Shown here piece after piece: positions 29,297 through 32,000 of a stretch of DNA of 32,000 bases. The DNA is taken from assembly GCF_000011125.1 (NCBI RefSeq), contig NC_000854.2, forward strand, positions 960,001 through 992,000. Reading direction: 5' to 3'. The stretch is from Aeropyrum pernix K1 (lineage in GTDB: Archaea > Thermoproteota > Thermoprotei_A > Sulfolobales > Acidilobaceae). The notes beneath the pieces are model-generated. The model was not told the origin of the DNA. It did not search any database and saw only the letters and a list, made by a program, of their open reading frames with translations. Both the position numbers and the translations under genes were made by a program. Every line of letters begins with the position of its first letter. Positions within the stretch are counted from its first letter, which is position 1.

Positions 29297-30496
29297 CTAG
29301 TCTAGAGGGCTGATTCCCGTCTCCAGTATCCTGGCTATCTCGCCCTCACTCTTCCTAGGCTTCCTGAAAGCCACCCTAACACCATCTACACCCCTAGCAA
29401 CACCAGCTATCTCCAGGTGCACACCCAGGCTTGCGAAGTAGGCTATAACCTCTTCCGCCTCAACCTCGTTAGCGAACACCAGCTCGAACTCCTCCACAAG
29501 CCGCCCACCCCTGCTGACCGCCTCCACAGCCTCTATGGCAGGCGCCAGTATAGCCTCGCCCAGCTCCCCGTACCTCCTGCGGCCCGTCTCCCACTCCCTG
29601 AATATCTCCCTGAGGATTCGGGGGAATAGGAAGGACCTACCCTCCTCGAACGGGTACCTCATGCCCAGCCTGATGTCACCTATGTTGGTCCTGCTGGTGG
29701 TGTATTTCAGTGGCTCTACCCTGCCCTCCGGGTCCTTCACTATAACGCCCTCCCTACCCCTCTTCTCGAGGTCCTCAACAATCGTGTAGAGCCTTTCCAC
29801 GCCCGAAGCGGTAGCAGGGATCTCGGCGAGTAGGTTGACCGTCTTGAGCCCGTACTCGGGGGCGAGGCTAAACTTCACCCGGGGCGGGAGCTGGCGGCCT
29901 CCCTTGAATATGTCGAAGATGAAGTAGCCGAAGCCCGGGGCCTCCTCGTAGTAGTATCTAGTGTAGGGGTTCTCGAGGCCTACAACCTCTCCCGCAATGA
30001 AGGAGCCCTCGGCCCCCAGGTCCTCTAGGATCTTCTGGAGAGCCCCCCCGTAGAGCCTCCTCAGCCTCCTCGTAGTGTAGGGGCATATTAAGCCGCCCCG
30101 TGTAGCCGCGTAGACCATGCCGCCGAGCGTGAAGACCCTCACGTTGTAGCCGTTCATCTTCTCCTCAACAAGCACAGTCGGCCCAGGGAACCATCTCGGC
30201 ACGGCCACCCTCGGCAGCAGCATCCTCTTTATCGACGGGTAGCCCCAGACCACAATCTGCTCCCCCCGCCTGAAGGCCACGAGGGTCCCCTCAGGCACGC
30301 CGCGGAACTGCCTCCTGAACCCTACGTAGACTACGTCCTCGAACCTCGAGACCCTAACGCTCCTCCTCGTGGAGAGGGCTTCAAGATCGACGCTACCCGG
30401 ATCCACACCAACGGCCCTCAGGGCACTGGCGAGGACCTCAGCCGCGCTGGCCAAAGCAGGAGCACCCGGTGATAAGTCTTGTAGTAGGCCGGGCAA
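29297..30496 (-). CDS. ATP-dependent RNA ligase, Pab1020/MJ_0414 (Rnl3-type) family
   Basis: Adenylation motif I 'VEEKMNGYNVRVF', 'FIAGEVVGLENPYTRYYYEEAPGFGYFIFDIF', 'REGVIVKDPEGRVEPLKYTTS'. Confidence 0.9.
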   Translation of the reverse strand: MPGLLQDLSPGAPALASAAEVLASALRAVGVDPGSVDLEALSTRRSVRVSRFEDVVYVGFRRQFRGVPEGTLVAFRRGEQIVVWGYPSIKRMLLPRVAVPRWFPGPTVLVEEKMNGYNVRVFTLGGMVYAATRGGLICPYTTRRLRRLYGGALQKILEDLGAEGSFIAGEVVGLENPYTRYYYEEAPGFGYFIFDIFKGGRQLPPRVKFSLAPEYGLKTVNLLAEIPATASGVERLYTIVEDLEKRGREGVIVKDPEGRVEPLKYTTSRTNIGDIRLGMRYPFEEGRSFLFPRILREIFREWETGRRRYGELGEAILAPAIEAVEAVSRGGRLVEEFELVFANEVEAEEVIAYFASLGVHLEIAGVARGVDGVRVAFRKPRKSEGEIARILETGISPLD

Positions 30497-30525
30497 AACT
30501 GTGTATCCAAGACTGGGGGTATGAG

Positions 30526-30858
30526 CTAGAATACCAGGGGGGTGTACCCTTTGCCTAGGAGCTCCGCTATCTTAGCCCCCACGTACTCGACCCTCACCTT
30601 ATCCTTCAGCGCCTCCTCGAAGCCACCCTGCTCGGCGACCCTCTTGCACGCCAGGGGGGTTCCCTTGACCTGGGAGTAGGCCGCTATAGCCTCCAGGAGC
30701 CTCTGGTTGCCCCTAGCTATCTCAGCCTCGATAGGCCCGAAGAATATTAGCTCCACATCCTCGGCCCAGCCCCTCTTCAAAGCGTTGGTAGCCCAGAGCA
30801 TGCCCGTCAAAGCCTTGTCAACATCGCTGCTCGATATGATAACCAGGGCTTTCACCAA
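30526..30858 (-). CDS. DsrE/DsrF-like family protein
   Basis: 'ALVIISSSDVDKALTGMLWATNALKRGWAEDVELIFFGPIEAEI'. Confidence 0.75.
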   Translation of the reverse strand: MVKALVIISSSDVDKALTGMLWATNALKRGWAEDVELIFFGPIEAEIARGNQRLLEAIAAYSQVKGTPLACKRVAEQGGFEEALKDKVRVEYVGAKIAELLGKGYTPLVF

Positions 30859-30987
30859 AGCCTGCCACCATTAGAATATACTGTCTGCATAAATTATTTA
30901 TGCCGATATGGCGAGCGGGCTAGAGTCCCCTCAGGCCTTGCTTAACAAGCCTCCCCGGCCCCTGCTCCGGCCTAATGACCAGGCAGG

Positions 30988-31425
30988 CTAGCCTCCAACC
31001 CTGAAGCCAGCTTCGACCAGTATTCGCTCCCCACTATAGACGTCTTCAAGAATTTTCACGATCTTATACTCCCCGGGATAGAAGTCAAAAGATTCTGGTT
31101 TAAAAACTGCTACAACCTTAGTCTCCCCATGCTTTATAACGTCATTAGCGACGGGGAAAACAGGGTTAAACTCGGGATCCGCCACCCATGCCCCGCCGTC
31201 CCACGTGTACAAGGTCCACCCGAAGCGGTACTCCAGCGTTCGACCGCTGTTATTCACAAGTTTGACTGTTACAGTGTCGCCTTCACCATAAACTTTCTTA
31301 TCCGGCTCCAGAAAAACAGACTCACCCCCCATATCCTCCGACGGGAGATTCATGCTTGTTAATGCGAGGTAGGTCGAGGGCACCGCTACAAGAATACCCA
31401 GGAGAAAACCGGCCAGAACAAATTT
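30988..31425 (-). CDS. Secreted/anchored Ig-like beta-sandwich protein
   Basis: Track ORF 30988..31461; likely start at the internal 'MFKFVLAGFLLGILVAVPSTYLAL' signal/TM segment; 'KKVYGEGDTVTVKLVNNSGRTLEYRFGW...YTWDGGAWV'. Start coordinate is approximate. Confidence 0.65.
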   Translation of the reverse strand, partial: KFVLAGFLLGILVAVPSTYLALTSMNLPSEDMGGESVFLEPDKKVYGEGDTVTVKLVNNSGRTLEYRFGWTLYTWDGGAWVADPEFNPVFPVANDVIKHGETKVVAVFKPESFDFYPGEYKIVKILEDVYSGERILVEAGFRVGG

Positions 31426-31690
31426 AAACATAACACCTGCACAACCGGGAACTGTACCCACTAGACCAGTGGGAGACCGTACAGTTAAATATAAGTATGT
31501 ACCCCAGCTGTTTATCCCGAATTTACAGGCAAGCCATCGACCATACAGGCCCTCCGCCGGGAGACCCCTCCGGGCCCTGGCAGGCTTATCCTGTTTCAGT
31601 AATGTATTCTGGCGTTTCGGGAGAAAGCGATGTGATTCCCAGGAGGTTTCTGAAGGCTGGTGGCTGGGTAGGCCGGTTTCGCTGTTCGGG

Positions 31691-32000
31691 TTAAAGCAAC
31701 CGTATCATATGGTGAAGCATATCCACTATAATGCCGGCACCTATGATTATAGGCACGGCTAGGTTCAGGTTGAAGCTCTCCTTAACCCTTCCAAGCCAAG
31801 CCATAGCCTGCACAAGTATTATCACTAAGGCTGTTAGGGCTGTAGAGACCGTGGCTATAGCTCCGAGGCCGTAGGCTTCTACTCCTGCTATGAATAGGGC
31901 GACGGCTGCAGCGTGCATGGCCAGTGAAGCCGCTAGAGCCCCCTTTGGCCCCAGCAGGGCTGGTATACTTCCTAAGCCATGACTCCTGTCGAAGTCTATA
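31691..32000 (-). CDS. C-terminal part of a UbiA-family prenyltransferase, truncated by the window edge
   Basis: The frame of ORF 31691..31918 stays open to the edge; manual translation gives IDFDRSHGLGSIPALLGPKGALAASLAMHAAAVALF..., matching the second Asp-rich motif of UbiA enzymes (DxxFDxxxGxxSIPxxxG...A...H). Confidence 0.75.
   Translation of the reverse strand, partial: IDFDRSHGLGSIPALLGPKGALAASLAMHAAAVALFIAGVEAYGLGAIATVSTALTALVIILVQAMAWLGRVKESFNLNLAVPIIIGAGIIVDMLHHMIRLL

Overview
This is a G+C-rich, gene-dense crenarchaeal chromosomal segment. It is most likely Aeropyrum pernix: the S9 peptidase ORF at 15879..17627 matches my memory of the structurally characterised A. pernix acylaminoacyl peptidase, but no database was consulted. 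Recognisable genes are replication factor C small and large subunits, a secondary thiamine-phosphate synthase/YjbQ-like protein, a CDP-alcohol phosphatidyltransferase, a GT4 glycosyltransferase, a FUN14-family membrane protein, an archaeal MiaB/CDKAL1-like methylthiotransferase, aIF2-beta, a COG3375-like acetyltransferase, a PflA-like radical SAM protein, triosephosphate isomerase, tRNA-Met cytidine acetyltransferase TmcA, an ABC exporter, a ClC channel split across two frames, an MDR dehydrogenase, an MBL-fold hydrolase, a 59-aa CDGSH protein missing from the ORF track, a metallopeptidase, a Pab1020-type RNA ligase with its PIN-domain partner, a DsrE-family protein, and the C-terminus of a UbiA-family prenyltransferase running off the right edge. 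The accessory part is an A+T-rich island (about 23.1-25.95 kb) abutting the 3' end of tRNA-Gly(CCC). It holds an HSDR_N-like nuclease domain joined to a winged-helix Mrr-N-like tail, a RelE/ParE-type toxin with a putative antitoxin, and a possible integrase N-terminal remnant. Other leads are a PD-(D/E)XK-like protein behind tmcA and a structured H/ACA-like RNA candidate after rfcL. I did not find a clear, fully new multi-gene system; the island nuclease and the tmcA-linked nuclease-like protein are the best leads.
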